From the NCBI GenBank assembly GCA_015069265.1, contig SVIY01000001.1:22665-86664 (forward strand): a stretch of 64,000 bases of DNA, read 5' to 3'. The translations under genes and the position numbers were made by a program. The notes beneath the pieces were generated by a model, which was not told the origin of the DNA, did no database searches, and saw only the letters and a program-made list of their open reading frames with translations. Of this stretch, positions 47,237 through 56,678 are shown piece after piece. Every line of letters begins with the position of its first letter. The stretch's first letter is position 1. The DNA is from Clostridiales bacterium. Its GTDB lineage: Bacteria > Bacillota > Clostridia > Christensenellales > Borkfalkiaceae.

Positions 47237-48256
47237 CTAGTCTATCTCGCTCACCGTGTCGCCCTCTTCAATGAAGGGGGGAAGAAGAATTTTTTGGCTG
47301 TCAATATTGGTTTTATTGACTAACGCGTCGATTAAAATCTCACCGACTTTCTTGCCAATTTGTTCTTCGGGTTGCTTTATTGAGCTTATGTTTTGGCTTC
47401 CGCCGTATTCGTCGTTATGCACGTCAAAGCCTAAAATAGAAATATCTTCAGGCACTTTTAGACCGCGCTCGGCTATTGCTTTTTTTGCGCCGTAGGTCAT
47501 CTTTTCCGAAGCGACGTAAACGGCGGTAAAGGGGAACTTTTCGCGGTTATCAAGAAGCTCTCGCATCGCATCGTATCCCGATTGACGTTTGTAGTCGCCA
47601 ATCTTAATAAGGTCGGGGGAGACGGAAAGGTCAACCTCTTTTGCGCCCGACAAAAATCCTTTCAAGCGTAGAGATGCGGAAATTTCGTTTTGAAGTCCCA
47701 TTATCGTTGCGATAGAGCGGTGTCCTGCGTCGTAAAGGCGGTTAAACCCAAGTTTTCCAGCAGAAAAGTTGTCCACTGTAACAGCTGAAAGATTGGTGTT
47801 TTCGGGCACGTTATCTATATAAATAACGGGGATAGAGTTGTCCGCAAACGTTTTAGCGTATTTTTCCTCGTCGTCAACAGATGCTAAAACCAACGCGTCC
47901 ACTCTATGTTGATAAAGTGATTGTAAATGCTTGCGCTCTTGTTCTTTGCTCTCGCCGGTATCCGCCAAAAGTAAGGTATAGCCGTGGTCGGATACAACCG
48001 CGCTGACCTCTTTTACAATCTTTCCGAAAAACACTTCGGAAATATCGGGCAAAACAACGGCTATGGTGCGAGTTGAACATTTTTGCAAGGAACGCGCTAT
48101 CTCGTTGGGAACGTAGCCGTATTTTTTTGCAAGCTCAACCACCTTTTCGCGTGTTTTTTCGTTGACGACGCTCTTATTGTTGAGTGCCCTCGATATCGTT
48201 GATACCGAAACGCCAAGCTCTTTTGCGATAGATTTTAAGGTGGTGTCGTGCTTCAT
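47237..48256 (-). CDS. LacI family transcriptional regulator
   Basis: N-terminal HTH (TLKSIAKELGVSVSTISRALNN) and a periplasmic-binding-like sugar domain. Confidence 0.9.
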   Translation of the reverse strand: MKHDTTLKSIAKELGVSVSTISRALNNKSVVNEKTREKVVELAKKYGYVPNEIARSLQKCSTRTIAVVLPDISEVFFGKIVKEVSAVVSDHGYTLLLADTGESKEQERKHLQSLYQHRVDALVLASVDDEEKYAKTFADNSIPVIYIDNVPENTNLSAVTVDNFSAGKLGFNRLYDAGHRSIATIMGLQNEISASLRLKGFLSGAKEVDLSVSPDLIKIGDYKRQSGYDAMRELLDNREKFPFTAVYVASEKMTYGAKKAIAERGLKVPEDISILGFDVHNDEYGGSQNISSIKQPEEQIGKKVGEILIDALVNKTNIDSQKILLPPFIEEGDTVSEID

Positions 48257-48340
48257 AATCTTTCCTTTGCAAACGTTTGCATTTTATTAGATTATAACAA
48301 CGGCAAAAGTCTTTGTCAATAGAATTATCAAAAAACTTTA

Positions 48341-48622
48341 TTAAATTTTGTTTGTGTTAGACCTTTCTTTTACGCGTTTTATAAACTGGTCGTGATTTGA
48401 CATTGTGGATAGCATGGATTGGTTTAAGGGTGCGTGCGATTTTGGTAGATTTTGAGTGGGGTTTTGATTTGCGTTAGGGGAGGAATTGTTTTTTAATAGT
48501 GAGGAGATGAGCGAAGATAGCGCGTCTTTATTTTCGACTTTTTGCGAGGACGAGGTTGGCGCGCTAGAAGAATTTTGATTTATGAGAGAACCTAGAAGGT
48601 TAAAAATTCCGAATTTATCCAT
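48341..48622 (-). CDS. hypothetical S/N-rich small protein (93 aa)
   Basis: ORF only, with low-complexity S/N/Q composition. No family recognised. Confidence 0.35.
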   Translation of the reverse strand: MDKFGIFNLLGSLINQNSSSAPTSSSQKVENKDALSSLISSLLKNNSSPNANQNPTQNLPKSHAPLNQSMLSTMSNHDQFIKRVKERSNTNKI

Positions 48623-48774
48623 TTTTCTTTGCTCCTACAACAGAAAAAATCATAAAAAAACAAAAAAATCATTGCAAAACTTTTCAATATGATATATAAT
48701 GTATATCTGTATAATGGTATAACTATTTATATTCGGGAGAGCGAAAAAAGTTTCCCGAAAGAGACGGAGAATTT

Positions 48775-50634
48775 ATGAAAAAATTATTTGCAAAGATTAT
48801 CGGCTGTACACTTGCGCTTGGCATTTTATTTACCGGACTTGTTGGTTGTAAGGATAACGAGGACGAGTGGAAGGGTACGGGCTTTACTAATTGGGGGGCG
48901 ACTCAATCGGTTGGCGGTTTCGTTGCGGAAACGGAAAATTACGTTTACTATATCAACGGTATCGCGGACTCTGAATCAAACAACAAATTTGGCGAACCCG
49001 TAAAAGGCACGCTCATGGCACTCGATAAAAAGGATATGACCAAGACGGAAATAGTCGTTCCGCAAATGTTTACTGCAACCGACTATAACGCAGGTATCTT
49101 TATCGACGGTGGATACGTTTACTATGGAACGTCTAATACCGAAAAGCAATCGGACGGTAACGTTGCTTTTAACGAACTCGTGTTTATGAGGGCAAGTCTT
49201 AAGGGCGACAACCACGAAGTGCTCTTTAATGCAGGCGACCTCGATACAGAGTACAGAATAGTTAAGGGTGACGACGCGGTTTATATCGTTTACTACGATG
49301 ACGAAGATACTGCCATTAAGAGCTTTAACTGTTCGACCAAGGAAGAAATCGTGGTTGCAAAGCAGGACGCGGAAACGGATAAGAATTATTCGCTCGGCGG
49401 TTACAAGTTCGTTAAAGTTGATAAGGACGACGAAGTTGCGGTTATGTTTGAAGTAACCGTTTACGCAGAACCGTATATTGAAGAAAAGGCTGAAGACGAA
49501 GATTATCAAAGACTTACCGAGAGTTACAATCTCATTTACGCTTACTCGGCAGGCGATGCTGTAAATGGCGACACGGGAATTGCAGGCAAGGTCGTTTATA
49601 ACGGCAAGGACAAAAAGGAAACCGCAACTATCACGGCTACCGTTGACGAATACGTGTTCTTCTCTGCAACTACCGTTAATAGCAACACCACTAATTACGG
49701 AGCTAAAGTTAACGACCTTTATGCTAATGGCGAAAAGGTAGAAATTGTAAACGACACTTACGTTTCTTCAAGCATGATTATAGAGTCGTTTGAAAGCGTT
49801 TACATTTATAGTGATTCTAAAATTTACAAGGTTTCCCTCACGGGTGACGACAAAACGACCAAAAAGGTAGTTGCACTAGTTGACGACGTTTCGGTGCTCT
49901 ATGCAGTAATCGGCAACGACATTTATTACAGAACTACCGCAACCGAAGTAGCAAGAATTGAACTTAACAACGAAAAAGCAGACAAGGTTTACGTAACGGG
50001 CGACCTCATTGCAACAAGCTGGTATGCTCCTGAATTCGTTACCATTAACGAAAAGACCTACCTTTTCTACAACGACAGTTCAACCTTTGGCGCAGGCTAT
50101 ACCAAATATATTGATATAGCGTCAGAAGTTGTTGGTGAAGATACCGATGACGACGGTGAGAACGATAGATTTGCTCTCCCCGAAAGTACCTTTGTTGGCA
50201 AGTATTCTGCAACCGATAGAGTTGCGCTTGCAACCGCAAGAGTAGCAGTTATCGAAAACTCTTTGACCGTTGGCGTTCTTCCCATGGAAAAGGACGAGAA
50301 CGGAAAACTATATAACCAAGAAGTAATCGACGCAAGAAAGGCTTACGACAACCTTTCGGAAAGCGACAAAGAAAACTTTACTGAAGAAACGCTCGCTCAA
50401 CTTGAAAAATACGAAAAGGCTATCCAAATGGCAAACGAGTATATTAAGCTCGAGGGAATGCGCGGTTACGAAAACAAAAACACCAACGAGCAAACTCAAT
50501 TAAAGAACACCTACTTTGCTATTAAAGATACCATTATCGAGTTCATTAAGAGCGAAGACTTTGATGAAATTTCTGCTTATATCGACAAGAATGTTAAGTG
50601 GTATTTCACCGAAGCATACAACGAGTTTGAATAA
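48775..50634 (+). CDS. putative lipoprotein with repeated aromatic (YVYY/IYY) beta-propeller-like motifs
   Basis: Signal peptide plus lipobox LVGC. Recurrent ...YVYYI..., ...YVYYGT..., ...VYIVYY..., ...IYYRT... motifs. GGAGAA SD. Confidence 0.65.
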   Translation: MKKLFAKIIGCTLALGILFTGLVGCKDNEDEWKGTGFTNWGATQSVGGFVAETENYVYYINGIADSESNNKFGEPVKGTLMALDKKDMTKTEIVVPQMFTATDYNAGIFIDGGYVYYGTSNTEKQSDGNVAFNELVFMRASLKGDNHEVLFNAGDLDTEYRIVKGDDAVYIVYYDDEDTAIKSFNCSTKEEIVVAKQDAETDKNYSLGGYKFVKVDKDDEVAVMFEVTVYAEPYIEEKAEDEDYQRLTESYNLIYAYSAGDAVNGDTGIAGKVVYNGKDKKETATITATVDEYVFFSATTVNSNTTNYGAKVNDLYANGEKVEIVNDTYVSSSMIIESFESVYIYSDSKIYKVSLTGDDKTTKKVVALVDDVSVLYAVIGNDIYYRTTATEVARIELNNEKADKVYVTGDLIATSWYAPEFVTINEKTYLFYNDSSTFGAGYTKYIDIASEVVGEDTDDDGENDRFALPESTFVGKYSATDRVALATARVAVIENSLTVGVLPMEKDENGKLYNQEVIDARKAYDNLSESDKENFTEETLAQLEKYEKAIQMANEYIKLEGMRGYENKNTNEQTQLKNTYFAIKDTIIEFIKSEDFDEISAYIDKNVKWYFTEAYNEFE

Positions 50635-50647
50635 AAACTAAACTGTT

Positions 50648-50679
50648 AACGGGCGACCATTTTGGTCGCCCGTTTTTTT
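50648..50679 (+). terminator. rho-independent terminator
   Basis: AACGGGCGACC-ATTTT-GGTCGCCCGTT followed by T7. Confidence 0.85.
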
Positions 50680-50716
50680 ATTTTTATAGAGAAAAAGTGC
50701 CCGACATTTTTACAAA

Positions 50717-50738
50717 TGTCGAAAGTAAAAATGTCGAA
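50717..50738 (+). promoter_or_regulatory. two direct Spo0A boxes (TGTCGAA) upstream of spo0A
   Basis: TGTCGAA at 50717-50723 and 50732-50738. An inverted TGTCGGG lies at 50700-50706. Matches the 0A-box consensus TGNCGAA. Confidence 0.6.
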
Positions 50739-50893
50739 CTATGGAAAATTGCACCGAAAAAAGTCAATAAAAATCTAAACAAATCGAATTCTGTAAAAAT
50801 GTCTTTTTTGCGCGTTGAAATATTCGTTCAAAACTCTTGTGTTCTGTTTGAAAAAGTAGTAAAATGTAGATAATTGAAATTTAAGGAGTTATC

Positions 50894-51662
50894 TATGCTA
50901 AAAAGAACGGTATTTTTGCTACAAGGGACAAAAGATGTTAACGAAGAACTTGCAAAACAGTTTGAGAATCAAACTGACTTTGAGGTGGTGGGTATGACGA
51001 CGGACGGTATTTCCGCAATTTCTGCAGTTGCCGACAAAAAGCCTGGGATATTACTTACCGATTTAGTCGTTTCCGGATACGACGGACTTTCCGTTGTGAG
51101 AAAGGTCAAGGAAATGAAGCTTGGAACTAAAGTTGTAGTGCTTACTGCCTTTTGCAGTGACGATATTTTGTCCAAAGCCGTGGGCGCTGGAGCAGATTAT
51201 TTTCTTGCAAAGCCAATTGAGTTTTCCGCGTTAAAAGAGAGGCTTAACGAAATACTAGAAGATAAGGCCGATGTGCAAACGAGCAATTCTTCTAAAAATT
51301 TTCATCAAGTGTCTTTGGAGGAAAAGATTAGCAAAATCTTTATCAACGTTGGAATTCCACCTCACATTAAGGGCTATTCCTTTTTGAGAGAGGGAGTAAA
51401 GATGGCAGTTGATGACCCCGAAATTATCAACAATATAACCAAAAAACTTTACCCCTCGATTGGCGAAAAGTACAACACAACCGCAAGTAAAGTAGAGCGT
51501 GCTATCCGCCACGCGATTGAGGTTGCTTGGAACAGAGGGAGGATAGATTCTATCAATAATATATTAGGCGTGCGCGCGTATATCGGCGCAGAAAAACCGA
51601 CGAACGGCGAGTTTATAGCACTCGTCGCTGATAAAATGTTATTAGAAAAGGACGTAAGATAA
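50894..51662 (+). CDS. spo0A: sporulation master regulator Spo0A (atypical receiver)
   Basis: C-terminal Spo0A_C signature IPPHIKGYSFLREGV...YNTTASKVERAIRHAIEVAWNRG...KPTNGEFIALVADK. The ATG at 50894 lies behind an AAGGAG SD. Confidence 0.93.
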
Positions 51663-51670
51663 AGAAAAAC

Positions 51671-51703
51671 AAAAAAGCGGACACAAAAAGTGTCCGCCTT
51701 TTA
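51671..51703 (+). terminator. spo0A terminator
   Basis: GCGGACAC-AAAAA-GTGTCCGC followed by a T-run. Confidence 0.8.
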
Positions 51704-51784
51704 ATTTTAAATTTTAGAAAATTGCTTGATTTTTTCTCTATCATAACTTAAAATATGGCTGAACGAAAAAGGAGTGGATACAAT

Positions 51785-52669
51785 ATGAAAGTTCACGTTA
51801 GTGATTTACTTATAAGAGACCCCTTTGTTTTTGTTGAAAATGGTGAGTATTATTTGCTTGGAACAACTTATAATGCACAACTTTCTACTGACTATAATAA
51901 ATGTGTTCACGCGGGGAGCGATTTTATGCTTTACAAGTCGCACGATTTGAAAGTTTTTGAAAAAGTTGGGTGTATGGTTAAAAAAGATACACTTTATGGA
52001 TATTCAGAGTTTTGGGCACCCGAACTTCATAAAGTGAATGGAAAATACTATTTAATTGTTTCGGTGTTTAGAGAAGATAAGGGAAGGGGAAGTATAATTT
52101 TAGTCTCAGATAAAATTGATAAACCTTTTACTTTTTTAACCGGCGAATATATCACGCCAAGTGGTTGGAGTTGTTTGGATGCAACGCTGTTTGTTAAAGA
52201 CGGAAAGAACTATTTATACTTTTCAGATGAGTGGAGATTTTCGGTCACAAAAGACGGAGATGGTGGAATATTCGTTGTAGAATTAAGCCAAGACTTAAAA
52301 GAAACCATTGGAGAACCAAAAAAAGTTATAAGTGGCAAAAATTGTGGTTTTGCAAGAGAAATTGCAGACGTTTTTACCAGCGAAAAGGGGTACGTTGCGG
52401 AAGGACCTTTTGTTAAAGAAAGAGACGGAAAAATCGAACTATATTGGTCAACTTTTTCCCACCAAGGTTATTGTGTGGTAAAAAGCGTGGCGGACAGTGT
52501 TTTTGGTGCGTATGAATTTGAAAGGTTTGTAGTCGAAAAAGACGGTGGTCACGCCATGATTTTTACAGGGTTAGATAAGCAAGAATATATAACTTTCCAC
52601 CAGCCAAATTGCCCACCAAACGAAAGAATGAATAAATTCTTATTGGAAAAACAAAAAAGCGGTAAATAA
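51785..52669 (+). CDS. glycoside hydrolase family 43-like protein
   Basis: N-terminal IRDPFVF..NGEYYLLGT catalytic-Asp motif, then FWAPE and later propeller blades. AAGGAG SD before the ATG at 51785. Confidence 0.75.
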   Translation: MKVHVSDLLIRDPFVFVENGEYYLLGTTYNAQLSTDYNKCVHAGSDFMLYKSHDLKVFEKVGCMVKKDTLYGYSEFWAPELHKVNGKYYLIVSVFREDKGRGSIILVSDKIDKPFTFLTGEYITPSGWSCLDATLFVKDGKNYLYFSDEWRFSVTKDGDGGIFVVELSQDLKETIGEPKKVISGKNCGFAREIADVFTSEKGYVAEGPFVKERDGKIELYWSTFSHQGYCVVKSVADSVFGAYEFERFVVEKDGGHAMIFTGLDKQEYITFHQPNCPPNERMNKFLLEKQKSGK

Positions 52670-52901
52670 CCTATAAATATTTTTATTTAGACCGATAAAG
52701 TTTAATAATTTATTGCCCTATGAAAATGGCTAAAAAATTCTCTTTAAGAATAAAACTTAAGGAGATTTTTTTATGGAAAAAATTAGAGAAAGAGATTTAA
52801 AAAAAGTATGAAAAACGCAAATAAAAAGTCATTTTGCACATTGCAAAATTAATTTACGCGTGCTATAATTAAATAAAAAGAATAAAGAAAAGAGGAAAGA
52901 C

Positions 52902-54308
52902 ATGAGAAAGCATTTTGATTTTTATGGTTATAACGCGCCAACTTGTGGAAAATACTACGTTGATGGAGAAGTTTATTTTCTTGGCGAAGATTTTAGATCG
53001 GTAAAAAGATATAAAGAGTATAAAGATATCGGATTTAATATCGCGCTTTTGCAACATGACAATGCCTATAATGGCGAGCCTTGGGAAAAATCTTCTGCTA
53101 AAAAAGTTATGGATATTTGTGCAAAGGTTGGCTTAAAAGTTATTTTAGAAGACAAGGTTGTCAAAGACTTGCCCAAGGAAGAAATATTGGTCGGTGAAAA
53201 CGGTAGATTTAAGACCGAAGAAGAATTTGAGGAGTTTATTGACAACGCAACAAAAGTTTATAGAAATCACCCCGCTTTCTATGCAATTCAACTTCAAGAC
53301 GAACCTGCATTTAAAAATCTAAAAAATTATGCAATAGTTTATAAGAAGTTTAAGAAAATGTTTCCAAACATGGTGCTCCAATGCAATCTTTTGAACATGG
53401 TTTTGCACTCGCACATTGCACCAGACCCAGAAAATTTGCAGACTAGGGCAGAAGACCTTGCTTCTTATTTGCGTTATTTTGCAAAAGAAAGCGATATAGA
53501 CTATCTTATGACTGACGAATACGCTTTCCAACGCAAAAACGTGATAAGCCGTTTTTCAATTCCAACTTTCCAAGTGTTTGCCAACGTTTGCAGAGAGACG
53601 GGCAAAGAAATGCGCATGGTATTGCAGTCTTTCTGTCAAGAGGCGTGTGTAATAAACCCACAAAAACCAGACGAACTTGACGGTGGCGTTGCTTGGAGAA
53701 GAATAAACGAAAAGGAAATGTATTGGCAAATGAACCTTGCATTAGGCTGTGGTTGCAAAGAGTTTTCTTACTTTACCTACTTCACAAAGGCAAGAAAGAG
53801 ATTTATAGGCAAAAGGTCTGGTAGCGACGGCGTTGACGGCGGTGCGTTAGTTAACCTTGACGGAACTAGAACAAAACTTTGGTTTATAACTAAAAAGATT
53901 ATAAAAGAATTTAAGGAGTTTGAGCCTGTTATTATTGATTATCAATATGACAACGGATATTTCTTCTTCCCAGAAGGAAAAGAAAAGACGGATTTTGATT
54001 CTACTAAAGAGGCAATACTTTCGGACGTAAAAAACATTCCTATTTCAGTTAAAACACCTAAATATCCTATTTACGTTACCGAAATGAAAAATGGTTCTTC
54101 TAGAATGTATATGGTTCAAAACGTTGGAAATCCTATTGAAGAAACTCTTTATAACAAGAGGGTGACCACCATTGAAGTTGAACTTGGCGAGCTTGCGGAT
54201 AAGGCTAAATTCTACTACAAAGGAAAGAGAGTAGAAAGAGAACTTAATGGCACTATCTTAAAAGAAAAACTAGGTTTAGGTCAAGCAATATTTATTGAAA
54301 TCGAATAG
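52902..54308 (+). CDS. hypothetical protein, possibly a TIM-barrel glycosidase-like enzyme
   Basis: 468-aa ORF with an AGAGGAAAG SD, in a carbohydrate gene context. The family assignment is a guess. Confidence 0.55.
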   Translation: MRKHFDFYGYNAPTCGKYYVDGEVYFLGEDFRSVKRYKEYKDIGFNIALLQHDNAYNGEPWEKSSAKKVMDICAKVGLKVILEDKVVKDLPKEEILVGENGRFKTEEEFEEFIDNATKVYRNHPAFYAIQLQDEPAFKNLKNYAIVYKKFKKMFPNMVLQCNLLNMVLHSHIAPDPENLQTRAEDLASYLRYFAKESDIDYLMTDEYAFQRKNVISRFSIPTFQVFANVCRETGKEMRMVLQSFCQEACVINPQKPDELDGGVAWRRINEKEMYWQMNLALGCGCKEFSYFTYFTKARKRFIGKRSGSDGVDGGALVNLDGTRTKLWFITKKIIKEFKEFEPVIIDYQYDNGYFFFPEGKEKTDFDSTKEAILSDVKNIPISVKTPKYPIYVTEMKNGSSRMYMVQNVGNPIEETLYNKRVTTIEVELGELADKAKFYYKGKRVERELNGTILKEKLGLGQAIFIEIE

Positions 54309-54415
54309 CATTTATTAAGAAGAAACAACCAATTAAAAGGAAAAGATGACAAAAAATCATCATAGAAATAATCGTAGTGGTGGTTGTTAATGAATGTATA
54401 AAAAAGCAAAATAAA

Positions 54416-54447
54416 ATAGCGGATACGTTACGTATCCGCTATTTTGA
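54416..54447. terminator. bidirectional terminator
   Basis: ATAGCGGATACG-TTA-CGTATCCGCTAT hairpin followed by TTTT. Confidence 0.85.
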
Positions 54448-55308
54448 TTATATAGAATTGCTTTTAACATATTCGGTAGGAGTTTTTCCAACGTGCTTTT
54501 TGAAGGTTTTAATAAAGTGAGGGATATCTGAAAAACCGACCAAAAAAGCCGTTTCGCTTATGATTGCGTTTTGAGTGCGAAGAATTTCCATCGCTTGATT
54601 TATTCTGTAATCTATAATAAACGTGCGGATAGAAAAACCAGTATGTGCCTTAAAAACCCTATTTGCATAAGAGGGATTGAAGAAGAATCGTTCGGATAAG
54701 TCTTTGTTTGTAATGTGGTTACTATAATTTTGCTGTACGTAATCAATAATTTGTCTTGTAATAATAGAACCCTTAGTATCACCAGAGCAAAGACGTTCGC
54801 GTTTTTGGCGAATGATGCTTATTATAATAGACTTCAATAAAGAAGAAAGCAGTTCGTCCTTAAATTCGCCTGCAGTGTTTATTTCGACGGCAAGGTTTGT
54901 GATTTTGGTTGCTGAATCGTGACAATTAAAAAGTACGATTTCTCCATTTAATTCTTGCGCGTCATCGAATATGATTTTTTGAGAGAAATTATCTTTGGGA
55001 AAGATTTCGGCATTTATTGGTGAAAAGGTTCTTTTAATGTGGCTATAATCTTGTGTGTAGTCGAAATTTATAGCGATATACCTAACGTCGCTCGACTGCC
55101 AAACGTATTCCGTTCCCGTTTGAAATAAAATGACCGAGTTTGCTTTTAGAGTATAGCGTTTGCCTTCAATCAACATTTCGCCGTTTCCGTGTAGAATATA
55201 AAAAAGTCTACAATCACGCGTTTTTATTTTTTTGCCAGTATATAGCCCCGAATGGAGTTTGCAAATTACCGCTTGCCTAACGAAAGGCTGAATGTCGTTT
55301 AGTTTCAT
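54448..55308 (-). CDS. AraC family transcriptional regulator
   Basis: Cupin-like N-domain and a C-terminal double HTH (...ETAFLVGFSDIPHFIKTFKKHVGKTPTEY). The ATG at 55308 follows a GAGGTG SD. Confidence 0.88.
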   Translation of the reverse strand: MKLNDIQPFVRQAVICKLHSGLYTGKKIKTRDCRLFYILHGNGEMLIEGKRYTLKANSVILFQTGTEYVWQSSDVRYIAINFDYTQDYSHIKRTFSPINAEIFPKDNFSQKIIFDDAQELNGEIVLFNCHDSATKITNLAVEINTAGEFKDELLSSLLKSIIISIIRQKRERLCSGDTKGSIITRQIIDYVQQNYSNHITNKDLSERFFFNPSYANRVFKAHTGFSIRTFIIDYRINQAMEILRTQNAIISETAFLVGFSDIPHFIKTFKKHVGKTPTEYVKSNSI

Positions 55309-55466
55309 ATTTTCACCTCGCAAACAGTATATACCACCTATAAATAATTGGCAATTAAAATTTTAAAAAAGTACAAAAAACACAACGCTTGATTCATTTT
55401 ACACATAGTAGGGGAAAAAGCCGTGTGCTATAATTAAAAAAAGAAAGAACCGAAAGGAGAACGAAT

Positions 55467-56678
55467 ATGGAAAAAAAGACTTTTACTTTAGCGGTTATAG
55501 GCTGTGGAAGGTTTGCCAACTGGTTTATGCCACTTTTTAAGGCTCATCCAAACGTAAAAAAGATGTATGCTTGCGACCTTATCGAAAGCAAGGCCAAAGA
55601 CTTTGAAGAAAGATTTGGTTTAGAGATAATAAAAACTTATGAAGAAGTGCTAGAAAGAAAGGATATTGATTGCGTGCTTAACTTTACCGAAAGACATTTG
55701 CACGGAAGTATTGTTAAACGCGCACTATTAGCAGGAAAGCACGTGTTTTCTGCCGTACCTATGGCGTCAACCGTTAAAGAGTGCGAAGAAATTGTAGAAT
55801 TAGTAAAGAAAACGGGATTAATCTATATGATGGCTGAAACTTGCTATTATTATCCTTGCGCAATGTATTGTAGAGAGGCTTACGAGCAGGGCAAGTTTGG
55901 AAAGTTCGTTTACGGCGCATCGCAATATTATCACGATATTGACTCTATAGGATATGGCAAGGTTAAGGGTGAAGCAGGAATGCCACCTCTTCTTTATCCC
56001 ACTCACTCAACTTCAATGATACTATCAGCCGTTGGCTCGTTTGTTAAAAAGGTTACTTGCGTGGGATATAAAGACACTGAAAACGACGGAAGATTTGGAA
56101 AGGGCAATAACCTTTGGGACAACGAATATTCTAATCAATACGTCTTTATGGAACTAGAAAACGGGGGTGTCGCAAGGGTTACCGAAGCAAGAAGAATAGG
56201 TTGGAGAAAACCGAGTTCATATATTTCTGCGCTTTACGGAACTAACGGCGGTTACGAATTCAGCAACGCCCAACATATCTTAGTAGAGAGAGATTATAAA
56301 TATGGGGAAGAAGAGCACGTGAAGTTTCAAGAGGTTAGCGATTACGTGAACTTAACCGAACTAACCGAGCATAAAAACGACGTTGACTTTAAGGAAAAAG
56401 TTGCCAACGGCGAGTGGCAATGGAACGGAAACGCACCTGTTCAGCAAAAAGAGGTTGAGCGTCTACCCGAAGAATTTAAGGCATTTCCCAACGGACATAT
56501 GGGTTCGCATAAGCTTTTAGTAGATGACTTTTTAAGAGCGGTTAGGGAAAACAAACAACCGATACTAAACGCTTGGAAAGCGGCTAGATATACCGTACCA
56601 GGACTCGTTGCGATAGAATCTCTTAAACAAGGCGGAATTCCTCTTGAAGTACCCGATTTTGGAGATTGTGACAATTGA
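55467..56678 (+). CDS. Gfo/Idh/MocA family oxidoreductase
   Basis: N-terminal Rossmann motif (LAVIGCGRFANW) and a family-typical C-domain. Confidence 0.85.
   Translation: MEKKTFTLAVIGCGRFANWFMPLFKAHPNVKKMYACDLIESKAKDFEERFGLEIIKTYEEVLERKDIDCVLNFTERHLHGSIVKRALLAGKHVFSAVPMASTVKECEEIVELVKKTGLIYMMAETCYYYPCAMYCREAYEQGKFGKFVYGASQYYHDIDSIGYGKVKGEAGMPPLLYPTHSTSMILSAVGSFVKKVTCVGYKDTENDGRFGKGNNLWDNEYSNQYVFMELENGGVARVTEARRIGWRKPSSYISALYGTNGGYEFSNAQHILVERDYKYGEEEHVKFQEVSDYVNLTELTEHKNDVDFKEKVANGEWQWNGNAPVQQKEVERLPEEFKAFPNGHMGSHKLLVDDFLRAVRENKQPILNAWKAARYTVPGLVAIESLKQGGIPLEVPDFGDCDN

Noticed and set aside
54338-54379. 13-codon ORF (MTKNHHRNNRSGGC) after the 468-aa gene, and an 11-codon ORF at about 52773-52808
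   Set aside because: They are too short, have only weak purine-rich upstream sequence, and nothing supports them beyond chance.
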